64,000 nt of DNA from Auanema rhodensis (taxonomy: Eukaryota; Animalia; Nematoda). This document shows, piece by piece, positions 26,901 through 42,699 of this stretch; position 1 is the stretch's first letter, and each line of letters begins with the position of its first letter. Location: positions 20,336,001-20,400,000 of the forward strand of contig OZ059900.1 of NCBI GenBank assembly GCA_964057225.1. The letters run 5' to 3'. Position numbers and translations under genes: made by a program. A model generated the notes under the pieces. The model was not told the origin of the DNA, ran no database searches, and saw nothing but the letters and a program-made list of their open reading frames with translations.

Positions 26901-29900
26901 TTCACGACAAAAAAAATAGGGGTTAGAAAATTAAGGAAATTAGCATATTCTGAGGGCACGCCCCTTATGGCTAATATTGATTAAATCGATTTTTGTTCAT
27001 ATGAGTCGTCAAATGCAACGAATTTCAGCGTGTTACATACTAAAATGAAGCATTTTACATGCTGAACACTAGAAAAATACAAAAACACAGTATTTCCCAT
27101 GAGAAATATTTTATTATGCTGGAAAACCAGTTTTTGGAAATTTCGCTGTAAACAAGGTTTTGACTTACGATTTCATGTGTTCAAACTCATGCAATGTCAA
27201 TGAAACCTAGCTCAAAACTGTTCCTACAACGTCTAGTTCCACTTTCACGACAAAAAAAACAGGGGTTAGAAAATTAAGGAAATTAGCATATTCTGAGGGC
27301 ACGCCCCTTATGGCTAATAATGATTAAATCGATTTTTGTTCATATGAGTCGTCAAATGCAACGAATTTCAGCGTGTTACATACTAAAATGAAACATTTTA
27401 CATGCTGAACACTAGAAAAATACAAAAACACAGTATTTCCCATGAGAAATATTTTATTATGCTGGAAAACCAGTTTTTGGAAATTTCGCTGTAAACAAGG
27501 TTTTGACTTACGATTTCATGTGTTCAAACTCATGCAATGTCAATGAAACCTAGCTCAAAATTGTTTGTACAACGCCTAGTTCCACTTTCACGACAAAAAA
27601 ACAGGGGTTAGAAAATTAAGGAAATTAGCATATTCTGAGGGCACGCCCCTTATGGCTAATATTGATTAAGTCGATTTTTGTTCATATGAGTCGTCAAATG
27701 CAACGAATTTCAGCGTGTTACATACTAAAATGAAGCATTTTACATGCTGAACACTAGAAAAATACAAAAACACAGTATTTCCCATGAGAAATATTTTATT
27801 ATGCTGGAAAACCAGTTTTTGGAAATTTCGCTGTAAACAAGGTTTTGACTTACGATTTCATGTGTTCAAACCCATGCAATGTCAATGAAACCTAGCTCAA
27901 AATTGTTCGTACAACGTCTAGTTCCACTTTCACGACAAAAAAATAGGGGTTAGAAAATTAAGGAAATTAGCATATTCTGAGGGCACGCCCCTTATGGCTA
28001 ATATTGATTAAATCGATTTTTGTTCATATGAGTCGTCAAATGCAACGAATTTCAGCGTGTTACATACTAAAATGAAGCATTTTACATGCTGAACACTAGA
28101 AAAATACAAAAACACAGTATTTCCCATGAGAAATATTTTATTATGCTGGAAAACCAGTTTTTGGAAATTTCGCTGTAAACAAGGTTTTGACTTACGATTT
28201 CATGTGTTCAAACTCATGCAATGTCAATGAAACCTAGCTCAAAATTGTTCCTACAACGTCTAGTTCCACTTTCACGACAAAAAAAACAGGGGTTAGAAAA
28301 TTAAGGAAATTAGCATATTCTGAGGGCACGCCCCTTATGGCTAATAATGATTAAATCGATTTTTGTTCATATGAGTCGTCAAATGCAACGAATTTCAGCG
28401 TGTTACATACTAAAATGAAACATTTTACATGCTGAACACTAGAAAAATACAAAAACACAGTATTTCCCATGAGAAATATTTTATTATGCTGGAAAACCAG
28501 TTTTTGGAAATTTCGCTGTAAACAAGGTTTTGACTTACGATTTCATGTGTTCAAACTCATGCAATGTCAATGAAACCTAGCTCAAAATTGTTCCTACAAC
28601 GTCTAGTTCCACTTTCACGACAAAAAAATAGGGGTTAGAAAATTAAGGAAATTAGCATATTCTGAGGGCACGCCCCTTATGGCTAATATTGATTAAATCG
28701 ATTTTTGTTCATATGAGTAGTCAAATGCAACGAATTTCAGCGTGTTACATACTAAAATGAAGCATTTTACATGCTGAACACTAGAAAAATACAAAAACAC
28801 AGTATTTCCCATGAGAAATATTTTATTATGCTGGAAAACCAGTTTTTGGAAATTTCGCTGTAAACAAGGTTTTGACTTACGATTTCATGTGTTCAAACTC
28901 ATGCAATGTCAATGAAACCTAGCTCAAAATTGTTCGTACAACGTCTAGTTCCACTTTCACGACAAAAAACAGGGGTTAGAAAATTAAGGAAATTAGCATA
29001 TTCTGAGGGCACGCCCCTTATGGCTAATATTGATTAAATCGATTTTTGTTCATATGAGTCGTCAAATGCAACGAATTTCAGCGTGTTACATACTAAAATG
29101 AAGCATTTTACATGCTGAACACTAGAAAATTACAAAAACACAGTATTTCTCATGAGAAATATTTTATTATGCTGAAAAACCAGTTTTTGGAAATTTCGCT
29201 GTAAACAAGGTTTTGACTTACGATTTCATGTGTTCAAACTCATGCAATGTCAATGAAACCTAGCTCAAAATTGTTCGTACAACGTCTAGTTCCACTTTCA
29301 CGACAAAAAAACAGGGGTTAGAAATTTAAGGAAATTAGCATATTCTGAGGGCACGCCCCTTATGGCTAATATTGATTAAATCGATTTTTGTTCATATGAG
29401 TCGTCAAATGCAACGAATTTCAGCGTGTTACATACTAAACTGAAGCATTTTACATGCTGAACACTAGAAAAATACAAAAACACAGTATTTCTTATGAGAA
29501 ATATTTTATTATGCTGGAAAACCAGTTTTTGGAAATTTCGCTGTAAACAAGGTTTTGACTTACGATTTCATGTGTTCAAACTCATGCAATGTCAATGAAA
29601 CCTAGCTCAAAATTGTTCGTACAACGTCTAGTTCCACTTTCACGACAAAAAAACAGGGGTTAGAAAATTAAGGAAATTAGCATATTCTGAGGGCACGCCC
29701 CTTATGGCTAATATTGATTAAGTCGATTTTTGTTCATATGAGTCGTCAAATGCAACGAATTTCAGCGTGTTACATACTAAAATGAAGCATTTCACATGCT
29801 CAACACTAGAAAAATACAAAAACACAGTATTTCCCATGAGAAATATTTTATTATGCTGGAAAACCAGTTTTTGGAAATTTCGCTGTAAACAAGGTTTTGA

Positions 29901-32900
29901 CTTACGATTTCATGTGTTCAAACTCATGCAATGTCAATGAAACCTAGCTCAAAATTGTTCGTACAACGTCTAGTTCCACTTTCACGACAAAAAAAATAGG
30001 GGTTAGAAAATTAAGGAAATTAGCATATTCTGAGGGCACGCCCCTTATGGCTAATATTGATTAAATCGATTTTTGTTCATATGAGTCGTCAAATGCAACG
30101 AATTTCAGCGTGTTACATACTAAAATGAAGCATTTTACATGCTGAACACTAGAAAAATACAAAAACACAGTATTTCTTATGAGAAATATTTTATTATGCT
30201 GGAAAACCAGTTTTTGGAAATTTCGCTGTAAACAAGGTTTTGACTTACGATTTCATGTGTTCAAACTCATGCAATGTCAATGAAACCTAGCTCAAAATTG
30301 TTCGTACAACGTCTAGTTCCACTTTCACGACAAAAAAAATAGGGGTTAGAAAATTAAGGAAATTAGCATATTCTGAGGGCACGCCCCTTATGGCTAATAT
30401 TGATTAAATCGATTTTTGTTCATATGAGTCGTCAAATGCAACGAATTTCAGCGTGTTACATACTAAAATGAAGCATTTTACATGCTGAACACTAGAAAAA
30501 TACAAAAACACAGTATTTCCCATGAGAAATATTTTATTATGCTGGAAAACCAGTTTTTGGAAATTTCGCTGTAAACAAGGTTTTGACTTACGATTTCATG
30601 TGTTCAAACTCATGCAATGTCAATGAAACCTAGCTCAAAATTGTTCCTACAACGTCTAGTTCCACTTTCACGACAAAAAAAACAGGGGTTAGAAAATTAA
30701 GGAAATTAGCATATTCTGAGGGCACGCCCCTTATGGCTAATAATGATTAAATCGATTTTTGTTCATATGAGTCGTCAAATGCAACGAATTTCAGCGTGTT
30801 ACATACTAAAATGAAACATTTCACATGCTGAACACTAGAAAAATACAAAAACACAGTATTTCCCATGAGAAATATTTTATTATGCTGGAAAACCAGTTTT
30901 TGGAAATTTCGCTGTAAACAAGGTTTTGACTTACGATTTCATGTGTTCAAACTCATGCAATGTCAATGAAACCTAGCTCAAAATTGTTTGTACAACGCCT
31001 AGTTCCACTTTCACGACAAAAAACAGGGGTTAGAAAATTAAGGAAATTAGCATATTCTGAGGGCACGCCCCTTATGGCTAATATTGATTAAGTCGATTTT
31101 TGTTCATATGAGTCGTCAAATGCAACGAATTTCAGCGTGTTACATACTAAAATGAAGCATTTTACATGCTGAACACTAGAAAAATACAAAAACACAGTAT
31201 TTCCCATGAGAAATATTTTATTATGCTGGAAAACCAGTTTTTGGAAATTTCGCTGTAAACAAGGTTTTGACTTACGATTTCATGTGTTCAAACCCATGCA
31301 ATGTCAATGAAACCTAGCTCAAAATTGTTCGTACAACGTCTAGTTCCACTTTCACGACAAAAAAATAGGGGTTAGAAAATTAAGGAAATTAGCATATTCT
31401 GAGGGCACGCCCCTTATGGCTAATATTGATTAAATCGATTTTTGTTCATATGAGTCGTCAAATGCAACGAATTTCAGCGTGTTACATACTAAAATGAAGC
31501 ATTTTACATGCTGAACACTAGAAAAATACAAAAACACAGTATTTCCCATGAGAAATATTTTATTATGCTGGAAAACCAGTTTTTGGAAATTTCGCTGTAA
31601 ACAAGGTTTTGACTTACGATTTCATGTGTTCAAACTCATGCAATGTCAATGAAACCTAGCTCAAAATTGTTCCTACAACGTCTAGTTCCACTTTCACGAC
31701 AAAAAAAACAGGGGTTAGAAAATTAAGGAAATTAGCATATTCTGAGGGCACGCCCCTTATGGCTAATAATGATTAAATCGATTTTTGTTCATATGAGTCG
31801 TCAAATGCAACTAATTTCAGCGTGTTACATACTAAAATGAAACATTTTACATGCTGAACACTAGAAAAATACAAAAACACAGTATTTCCCATGAGAAATA
31901 TTTTATTATGCTGGAAAACCAGTTTTTGGAAATTTCGCTGTAAACAAGGTTTTGACTTACGATTTCATGTGTTCAAACTCATGCAATGTCAATGAAACCT
32001 AGCTCAAAATTGTTCGTACAACGTCTAGTTCCACTTTCACGACAAAAAACAGGGGTTAGAAAGTTAAGGAAATTAGCATATTCTGAGGGCACGCCCCTTA
32101 TGGCTAATATTGATTAAATCGATTTTTGTTCATATGAGTCGTCAAATGCAACGAATTTCAGCGTGTTACATACTAAAATGAAGCATTTTACATGCTGAAC
32201 ACTAGAAAAATACAAAAACACAGTATTTCTCATGAGAAATATTTTATTATGCTGAAAAACCAGTTTTTGGAAATTTCGCTGTAAACAAGGTTTTGACTTA
32301 CGATTTCATGTGTTCAAACTCATGCAATGTCAATGAAACCTAGCTCAAAATTGTTTGTACAACGTCTAGTTCCACTTTCACGACAAAAAAACAGGGGTTA
32401 GAAAATTAAGGAAATTAGCATATTCTGAGGGCACGCCCCTTATGGCTAATATTGATTAAATCGATTTTTGTTCATATGAGTAGTCAAATGCAACGAATTT
32501 CAGCGTGTTGCATACTAAAATGAAGCATTTTACATGCTGAACACTAGAAAAATACAAAAACACAGTATTTCCCATGAGAAATATTTTATTATGCTGGAAA
32601 ACCAGTTTTTGGAAATTTCGCTGTAAACAAGGTTTTGACTTACGATTTCATGTGTTCAAACTCATGCAATGTACATGAAACCTAGCTCAAAATTGTTCGT
32701 ACAACGTCTAGTTCCACTTTCACGACAAAAAAACAGGGGTTAGAAAATTAAGGAAATTAGCATATTCTGAGGGCACGCCCCTTATGGCTAATATTGATTA
32801 AATCGATTTTTGTTCATATGAGTCGTCAAATGCAACGAATTTCAGCGTGTTACATACTCAAATGTAGCATTTCACATGCTGAACACTAGAAAAGTACAAA

Positions 32901-34409
32901 AACACAGTATTTCCCATGAGAAATATTTTATTATGCTGGAAAACCAGTTTTTGGAAATTTCGCTGTAAACAAGGTTTTGACTTACGATTTCATGTGTTCA
33001 AACTCATGCAATGTCAATGAAACCTAGCTCAAAATTGTTCGTACAACGTCTAGTTCCACTTTCACGACAAAAAAACAGGGGTTAGAAAATTAAGGAAATT
33101 AGCATATTCTGAGGGCACGCCCCTTATGGCTAATATTGATTAAATCGATTTTTGTTCATATGAGTCGTCAAATGCAACGAATTTCAGCGTGTTACATACT
33201 AAAATGAAGCATTTTACATGCTGAACACTAGAAAAATACAAAAACACAGTATTTCCCATGAGAAATATTTTATTATGCTGGAAAACCAGTTTTTGGAAAT
33301 TTCGCTGTAAACAAGGTTTTGACTTACGATTTCATGTGTTCAAACTCATGCAATGTCAATGAAACCTAGCTCAAAATTGTTCGTACAACGTCTAGTTCCA
33401 CTTTCACGACAAAAAAACAGGGGTTAGAAATTTAAGGAAATTAGCATATTCTGAGGGCACGCCCCTTATGGCTAATATTGATTAAATCGATTTTTGTTCA
33501 TATGAGTCGTCAAATGCAACGAATTTCAGCGTGTTACATACTAAACTGAAGCATTTTACATGCTGAACACTAGAAAAATACAAAAACACAGTATTTCCCA
33601 TGAGAAATATTTTATTATGCTGGAAAACCAGTTTTTGGAAATTTCGCTGTAAACAAGGTTTTGACTTACGATTTCATGTGTTCAAACTCATGCAATGTCA
33701 ATGAAACCTAGCTCAAAATTGTTCGTACAACGTCTAGTTCCACTTTCACGACAAAAAAACAGGGGTTAGAAAATTAAGGAAATTAGCATATTCTGAGGGC
33801 ACGCCCCTTATGGCTAATATTGATTAAGTCGATTTTTGTTCATATGAGTCGTCAAATGCAACGAATTTCAGCGTGTTACATACTAAAATGAAGCATTTCA
33901 CATGCTCAACACTAGAAAAATACAAAAACACAGTATTTCCCATGAGAAATATTTTATTATGCTGGAAAACCAGTTTTTGGAAATTTCGCTGTAAACAAGG
34001 TTTTGACTTACGATTTCATGTGTTCAAACTCATGCAATGTCAATGAAACCTAGCTCAAAATTGTTCGTACAACGTCTAGTTCCACTTTCACGACAAAAAA
34101 AATAGGGGTTAGAAAATTAAGGAAATTAGCATATTCTGAGGGCACGCCCCTTATGGCTAATATTGATTAAATCGATTTTTGTTCATATGAGTCGTCAAAT
34201 GCAACGAATTTCAGCGTGTTACATACTAAAATGAAGCATTTTACATGCTGAACACTAGAAAAATACAAAAACACAGTATTTCCCATGAGAAATATTTTAT
34301 TATGCTGGAAAACCAGTTTTTGGAAATTTCGCTGTAAACAAGGTTTTGACTTACGATTTCATGTGTTCAAACTCATGCAATGTCAATGAAACCTAGCTCA
34401 AAACTGTTC

Positions 34410-36750
34410 CTACAACGTCTAGTTCCACTTTCACGACAAAAAAAACAGGGGTTAGAAAATTAAGGAAATTAGCATATTCTGAGGGCACGCCCCTTATGGC
34501 TAATAATGATTAAATCGATTTTTGTTCATATGAGTCGTCAAATGCAACGAATTTCAGCGTGTTACATACTAAAATGAAACATTTTACATGCTGAACACTA
34601 GAAAAATACAAAAACACAGTATTTCCCATGAGAAATATTTTATTATGCTGGAAAACCAGTTTTTGGAAATTTCGCTGTAAACAAGGTTTTGACTTACGAT
34701 TTCATGTGTTCAAACTCATGCAATGTCAATGAAACCTAGCTCAAAATTGTTTGTACAACGCCTAGTTCCACTTTCACGACAAAAAAACAGGGGTTAGAAA
34801 ATTAAGGAAATTAGCATATTCTGAGGGCACGCCCCTTATGGCTAATATTGATTAAGTCGATTTTTGTTCATATGAGTCGTCAAATGCAACGAATTTCAGC
34901 GTGTTACATACTAAAATGAAGCATTTTACATGCTGAACACTAGAAAAATACAAAAACACAGTATTTCCCATGAGAAATATTTTATTATGCTGGAAAACCA
35001 GTTTTTGGAAATTTCGCTGTAAACAAGGTTTTGACTTACGATTTCATGTGTTCAAACTCATGCAATGTCAATGAAACCTAGCTCAAAATTGTTCCTACAA
35101 CGTCTAATTCCACTTTCACGACAAAAAAACAGGGGTTAGAAAATTAAGGAAATTAGCATATTCAGAGGGCACGCCCCTTATGGCTAATATTGATTGAATC
35201 GATTTTGGTTCATATGAGTCGTCAAATGCAACGAATTCCAGCGTGTTACATACTAAAATAAAGCATTTTACATGCTGAACACTAGAAAAATACAAAAACA
35301 CAGTATTTCCCATGAGAAATATTTTATTATGCTGGAAAACCAGTTTTTGGAAATTTCGCTGTAAACAAGGTTTTGACTTACGATTTCATGTGTTCAAACT
35401 CATGCAATGTTAATGAAACCTAGCTCAAAATTGTTCCTACAACGTCTAGTTCCTTTTTCACGACAAAAAAAACAGGGGTTAGAAAATTAAGGAAATTAGC
35501 ATATTCTGAGGGCACGCCCCTTATGGCTAATAATGATTAAATCGATTTTTGTTCATATGAGTCGTCAAATGCAACGAATTTCAGCGTGTTACATACTAAA
35601 ATGAAACATTTTACATGCTGAACACTAGAAAAATACAAAAACACAGTATTTCCCATGAGAAATATTTTATTATGCTGGAAAACCAGTTTTTGGAAATTTC
35701 GCTGTAAACAAGGTTTTGACTTACGATTTCATGTGTTCAAACTCATGCAATGTCAATGAAACCTAGCTCAAAATTGTTTGTACAACGCCTAGTTCCACTT
35801 TCACGACAAAAAAACAGGGGTTAGAAAATTAAGGAAATTAGCATATTCTGAGGGCACGCCCCTTATGGCTAATATTGATTAAGTCGATTTTTGTTCATAT
35901 GAGTCGTCAAATGCAACGAATTTCAGCGTGTTACATACTAAAATGAAGCATTTTACATGCTGAACACTAGAAAAATACAAAAACACAGTATTTCCCATGA
36001 GAAATATTTTATTATGCTGGAAAACCAGTTTTTGGAAATTTCGCTGTAAACAAGGTTTTGACTTACGATTTCATGTGTTCAAACTCATGCAATGTCAATG
36101 AAACCTAGCTCAAAATTGTTCCTACAACGTCTAATTCCACTTTCACGACAAAAAAACAGGGGTTAGAAAATTAAGGAAATTAGCATATTCAGAGGGCACG
36201 CCCCTTATGGCTAATATTGATTGAATCGATTTTGGTTCATATGAGTCGTCAAATGCAACGAATTCCAGCGTGTTACATACTAAAATAAAGCATTTTACAT
36301 GCTGAACACTAGAAAAATACAAAAACACAGTATTTCCCATGAGAAATATTTTATTATGCTGGAAAACCAGTTTTTGGAAATTTCGCTGTAAACAAGGTTT
36401 TGACTTACGATTTCATGTGTTCAAACTCATGCAATGTTAATGAAACCTAGCTCAAAATTGTTCCTACAACGTCTAGTTCCTTTTTCACGACAAAAAAAAC
36501 AGGGGTTAGAAAATTAAGGAAATTAGCATATTCTGAGGGCACGCCCCTTATGGCTAATAATGATTAAATCGATTTTTGTTCATATGAGTCGTCAAATGCA
36601 ACGAATTTCAGCGTGTTACATACTAAAATGAAACATTTTACATGCTGAACACTAGAAAAATACAAAAACACAGTATTTCCCATGAGAAATATTTTATTAT
36701 GCTGGAAAACCAGTTTTTGGAAATTTCGCTGTAAACAAGGTTTTGACTTA
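34410..36750 (+). repeat. Tandem 3-monomer (1027 bp) higher-order duplication
   Basis: Distinctive variants (aacgcct, ttaagtc, aaaataaag, gttaatg, tcctttttc) recur at a 1027-bp offset. The ORF-track copies at 35116 and 36143 differ by 1027. Confidence 0.88.
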
Positions 36751-39700
36751 CGATATCATGTGTTCAAACTCATGCAATGTCAATGAAACCTAGCTCAAAA
36801 TTGTTCCTACAACGTCTAGTTCCACTTTCACGACAAAAAAAAAGGGGTTAGAAAATTAAGGAAATTAGCATATTCTGAGGGCACGCCCCTTATGGCTAAT
36901 ATTGATTAAATCGATTTTTGTTCATATGAGTAGTCAAATGCAACGAATTTCAGCGTGTTACATACTAAACTGAAGCATTTTACATGCTGAACACTAGAAA
37001 AATACAAAAACACAGTATTTCCCATGAGAAATATTTTATTATGCTGGAAAACCAGTTTTTGGAATTTTCGCTGTAAACAAGGTTTTGACTTACGATTTCA
37101 TGTGTTCAAACTCATGCAATGTCAATGAAACCTAGCTCAAAATTGTTCCTACAACGTCTAGTTCCACTTTCACGACAAAAAAATAGGGGTTAGAAAATTA
37201 AGGAAATTAGCATATTCTGAGGGCACGCCCCTTATGGCTAATATTGATTAAATCGATTTTTGTTCATATGAGTAGTCAAATGCAACGAATTTCAGCGTGT
37301 TACATACTAAAATGAAGCATTTTACATGCTGAACACTAGAAAAATACAAAAACACAGTATTTCCCATGAGAAATATTTTATTATGCTGGAAAACCAGTTT
37401 TTGGAAATTTCGCTGTAAACAAGGTTTTGACTTACGATTTCATGTGTTCAAACTCATGTAATGTCAATGAAACCTAGCTCAAAATTGTTCCTACAACGTC
37501 TAGTTCCACTTTCACGACAAAAAAACAGGGGTTAGAAAATTAAGGAAATTAGCATATTCTGAGGGCACGCCCTTTATGGCTAATATTGATTAAATCGATT
37601 TTTGTTCATATGAGTCGTCAAATGCAACGAATTTCAGCGTGTTACATACTAAAATGAAGCATTTTACATGCTGAACACTAGAAAAATACAAAAACACAGT
37701 ATTTCCCAAGAGAAATATTTTATTATGCTGGAAAACCAGTTTTTGGAAATTTCGCTGTAAACAAGGTTTTGACTTACGATTTCATGTGTTCAAACTCATG
37801 CAATGTCAATGAAACCTAGCTCAAAATTGTTCGTACAACGTCTAGTTCCACTTTCACGACAAAAAAACAGGGGTTAGAAAATTAAGGAAATTAGCATATT
37901 CTGAGGGCACGCCCCTTATGGCTAATATTGATTAAATCGATTTTTGTTCATATGAGTCGTCAAATGCAACGAATTTCAGCGTGTTACATACTAAAATGAA
38001 GCATTTTACATGCTGAACACTAGAAAAATACAAAAACACAGTATTTCCCATGAGAAATATTTTATTATGCTGGAAAACCAGTTTTTGGAAATTTCGCTGT
38101 AAACAAGGTTTTGACTTACGATTTCATGTGTTCAAACTCATGCAATGTCAATGAAACCTAGCTCAAAATTGTTCCTACAACGTCTAATTCCACTTTCACG
38201 ACAAAAAAACAGGGGTTAGAAAATTAAGGAAATTAGCATATTCAGAGGGCACGCCCCTTATGGCTAATATTGATTGAATCGATTTTGGTTCATATGAGTC
38301 GTCAAATGCAACGAATTCCAGCGTGTTACATACTAAAATGAAGCATTTTACATGCTGAACACTAGAAAAATACAAAAACACAGTATTTCCCATGAGAAAT
38401 ATTTTATTATGCTGGAAAACCAGTTTTTGGAAATTTCGCTGTAAACAAGGTTTTGACTTACGATTTCATGTGTTCAAACTCATGCAATGTCAATGAAACC
38501 TAGCTCAAAATTGTTCGTACAACGTCTAGTTCCACTTTCACGACAAAAAAATAGGGGTTAGAAAATTAAGGAAATTAGCATATTCTGAGGGCACGCCCCT
38601 TATGGCTAATATTGATTAAATCGATTTTTGTTCATATGAGTCGTCAAATGCAACGAATTTCAGCGTGTTACATACTAAAATGAAGCATTTTACATGCTGA
38701 ACACTAGAAAAATACAAAAACACAGTATTTCCCATGAGAAATATTTTATTATGCTGGAAAACCAGTTTTTGGAAATTTCGGTGTAAACAAGGTTTTGACT
38801 TACGATTTCATGTGTTCAAACTCATGCAATGTCAATGAAACCTAGCTCAAAATTGTTCCTACAACGTCTAGTTCCACTTTCACGACAAAAAAACAGGGGT
38901 TAGAAAATTAAGGAAATTAGCATATTCTGAGGGCACGCCCCTTATGGCTAATATTGATTAAATCGATTTTTGTTCATATGAGTAGTCAAATGCAACGAAT
39001 TTCAGCGTGTTACATACTAAAATGAATCATTTTACATGCTGAACACTAGAAAAATACAAAAAGACAGTATTTCCCATGAGAAATATTTTATTATGCTGGA
39101 AAACCAGTTTTCGGAAATTTCGCTGTAAACAAGGTTTTGACTTACGATTTCATGTGTTCAAACTCATGCAATGTCAATGAAACCTAGCTCAAAATTGTTT
39201 GTACAACGTCTAGTTCCACTTTCACGACAAAAAAACAGGGGTTAGAAAATTAAGGAAATTAGCATATTCTGAGGGCACGCCCCTTATGGCTAATATTGAT
39301 TAAATCGATTTTTGTTCATATGAGTAGTCAAATGCAACGAATTTCAGCGTGTTACATACTAAAATGAATCATTTTACATGCTGAACACTAGAAAAATACA
39401 AAAAGACAGTATTTCCCATGAGAAATATTTTATTATGCTGGAAAACCAGTTTTTGGAAATTTCGCTGTAAACAAGGTTTTGACTTACGATTTCATGTGTT
39501 CAAACTCATGCAATGTCAATGAAACCTAGCTCAAAATTGTTTCTACAACGTCTAGTTCCACTTTCACGACAAAAAAACAGGGGTTAGAAAATTAAGGAAA
39601 TTAGCATATTCTGAGGGCACGCCCCTTATGGCTAATATTGATTGAATCGATTTTGGTTCATATGAGTCGTCAAATGCAACGAATTCCAGCGTGTTACATA

Positions 39701-42699
39701 CTAAAATGAAGCATTTTACATGCTGAACACTAGAAAAATACAAAAACACAGTATTTCCCATGAGAAATATTTTATTATGCTGGAAAACCAGTTTTTGGAA
39801 ATTTCGCTGTAAACAAGGTTTTGACTTACGATTTCATGTGTTCAAACTCATGCAATGTCAATGAAACCTAGCTCAAAATTGTTCGTACAACGTCTAGTTC
39901 CACTTTCACGACAAAAAAATAGGGGTTAGAAAATTAAGGAAATTAGCATATTCTGAGGGCACGCCCCTTATGGCTAATATTGATTAAATCGATTTTTGTT
40001 CATATGAGTCGTCAAATGCAACGAATTTCAGCGTGTTACATACTAAAATGAAGCATTTTACATGCTGAACACTAGAAAAATACAAAAACACAGTATTTCC
40101 CATGAGAAATATTTTATTATGCTGGAAAACCAGTTTTTGGAAATTTCGGTGTAAACAAGGTTTTGACTTACGATTTTATGTGTTCAAACTCATGCAATGT
40201 CAATGAAACCTAGCTCAAAATTGTTCCTACAACGTCTAGTTCCACTTTCACTTCAAAAAAACAGGGGTTAGAAAATTAAGGAAATTAGCATATTCTGAGG
40301 GCACGCCCCTTATGGCTAATATTGATTAAATCGATTTTTGTTCATATGAGTAGTCAAATGCAACGAATTTCAGCGTGTTACATACTAAAATGAATCATTT
40401 TACATGCTGAACACTAGAAAAATACAAAAAGACAGTATTTCCCATGAGAAATATTTTATTATGCTGGAAAACCAGTTTTTGGAAATTTCGCTGTAAACAA
40501 GGTTTTGACTTACGATTTCATGTGTTCAAACTCATGCAATGTCAATGAAACCTAGCTCAAAATTGTTTGTACAACGTCTAGTTCCACTTTCACGACAAAA
40601 AAACAGGGGTTAGAAAATTAAGGAAATTAGCATATTCTGAGGGCACGCCCCTTATGGCTAATATTGATTAAATCGATTTTTGTTCATATGAGTAGTCAAA
40701 TGCAACGAATTTCAGCGTGTTACATACTAAAATGAATCATTTTACATGCTGAACACTAGAAAAATACAAAAAGACAGTATTTCCCATGAGAAATATTTTA
40801 TTATGCTGGAAAACCAGTTTTTGGAAATTTCGCTGTAAACAAGGTTTTGACTTACGATTTCATGTGTTCAAACTCATGCAATGTCAATGAAACCTAGCTC
40901 AAACTTGTTTCTACAACGTCTAGTTCCACTTTCACGACAAAAAAACAGGGGTTAGAAAATTAAGGAAATTAGCATATTCTGAGGGCACGCCGTTTATGGC
41001 TAATATTGATTAAATCGATTTTTGTTCATATGAGTCGTCAAATGCAACGAATTTCAGCGTGTTACATACTAAAATGAAGCATTTTACTTGCTGAACACTA
41101 GAAAAATACAAAAACACAGTATTTCCCATGAGAAATATTTTATTATGCTGGAAAACCAGTTTTTGGAAATTTCGCTGTAAACAAGGTTTTGACTTACGAT
41201 TTCATGTGTTCAAACTCATGCAATGTCAATGAAACCTAGCTCAAAATTGTTCCTACAACGTCTAGTTCCACTTTCACGACAAAAAAATAGGGGTTAGAAA
41301 ATTAAGGAAATTAGCATATTCTGAGGGCACGCCCCTTATGGCTAATATTGATTAAATCGATTTTTGTTCATATGAGTAGTCAAATGCAACGAATTTCAGC
41401 GTGTTACATACTAAAATGAAGCATTTTACATGCTGAACACTAGAAAAATACAAAAACACAGTATTTCCCATGAGAAATATTTTATTATGCTGGAAAACCA
41501 GTTTTTGGAAATTTCGCTGTAAACAAGGTTTTGACTTACGATTTCATGTGTTCAAACTCATGCAATGTCAATGAAACCTAGCTCAAAATTGTTCGTACAA
41601 CGTCTAGTTCCACTTTCACGACAAAAAAACAGGGGTTAGAAAATTAAGGAAATTAGCATATTCTGAGGGCACGCCCCTTATGGCTAATATTGATTAAATC
41701 GATTTTTGTTCATATGAGTCGTCAAATGCAACGAATTTCAGCGTGTTACATACTAAAATGAAACATTTTACATGCTGAACACTAGAAAAATACAAAAACA
41801 CAGTATTTCCCATGAGAAATATTTTATTATGCTGGAAAACCAGTTTTTGGAAATTTCGCTGTAAACAAGGTTTTGACTTACGATTTCATGTGTTCAAACT
41901 CATGCAATGTCAATGAAACCTAGCTCAAAATTGTTCCTACAACGTCTAATTCCACTTTCACGACAAAAAAACAGGGGTTAGAAAATTAAGGAAATTAGCA
42001 TATTCAGAGGGCACGCCCCTTATGGCTAATATTGATTAAATCGATTTTTGTTCATATGAGTCGTCAAATGCAACGAATTTCAGCGTGTTACATACTAAAA
42101 TGAAGCATTTTACATGCTGAACACTAGAAAAATACAAAAACACAGTATTTCCCATGAGAAATATTTTATTATGCTGGAAAACCAGTTTTTGGAAATTTCG
42201 CTGTAAACAAGGTTTTGACTTACGATTTCATGTGTTCAAACTCATGCAATGTCAATGAAACCTAGCTCAAAATTGTTCGTACAACGTCTAGTTCCACTTT
42301 CACGACAAAAAAATAGGGGTTAGAAAATTAAGGAAATTAGCATATTCTGAGGGCACGCCCCTTATGGCTAATATTGATTAAATCGATTTTTGTTCATATG
42401 AGTCGTCAAATGCAACGAATTTCAGCGTGTTACATACTAAAATGAAGCATTTTACATGCTGAACACTAGAAAAATACAAAAACACAGTATTTCCCATGAG
42501 AAATATTTTATTATGCTGGAAAACCAGTTTTTGGAAATTTCGCTGTAAACAAGGTTTTGACTTACGATTTCATGTGTTCAAACTCATGCAATGTCAATGA
42601 AACCTAGCTCAAAATTGTTCCTACAACGTCTAGTTCCACTTTCACGACAAAAAAAACAGGGGTTAGAAAATTAAGGAAATTAGCATATTCTGAGGGCAC

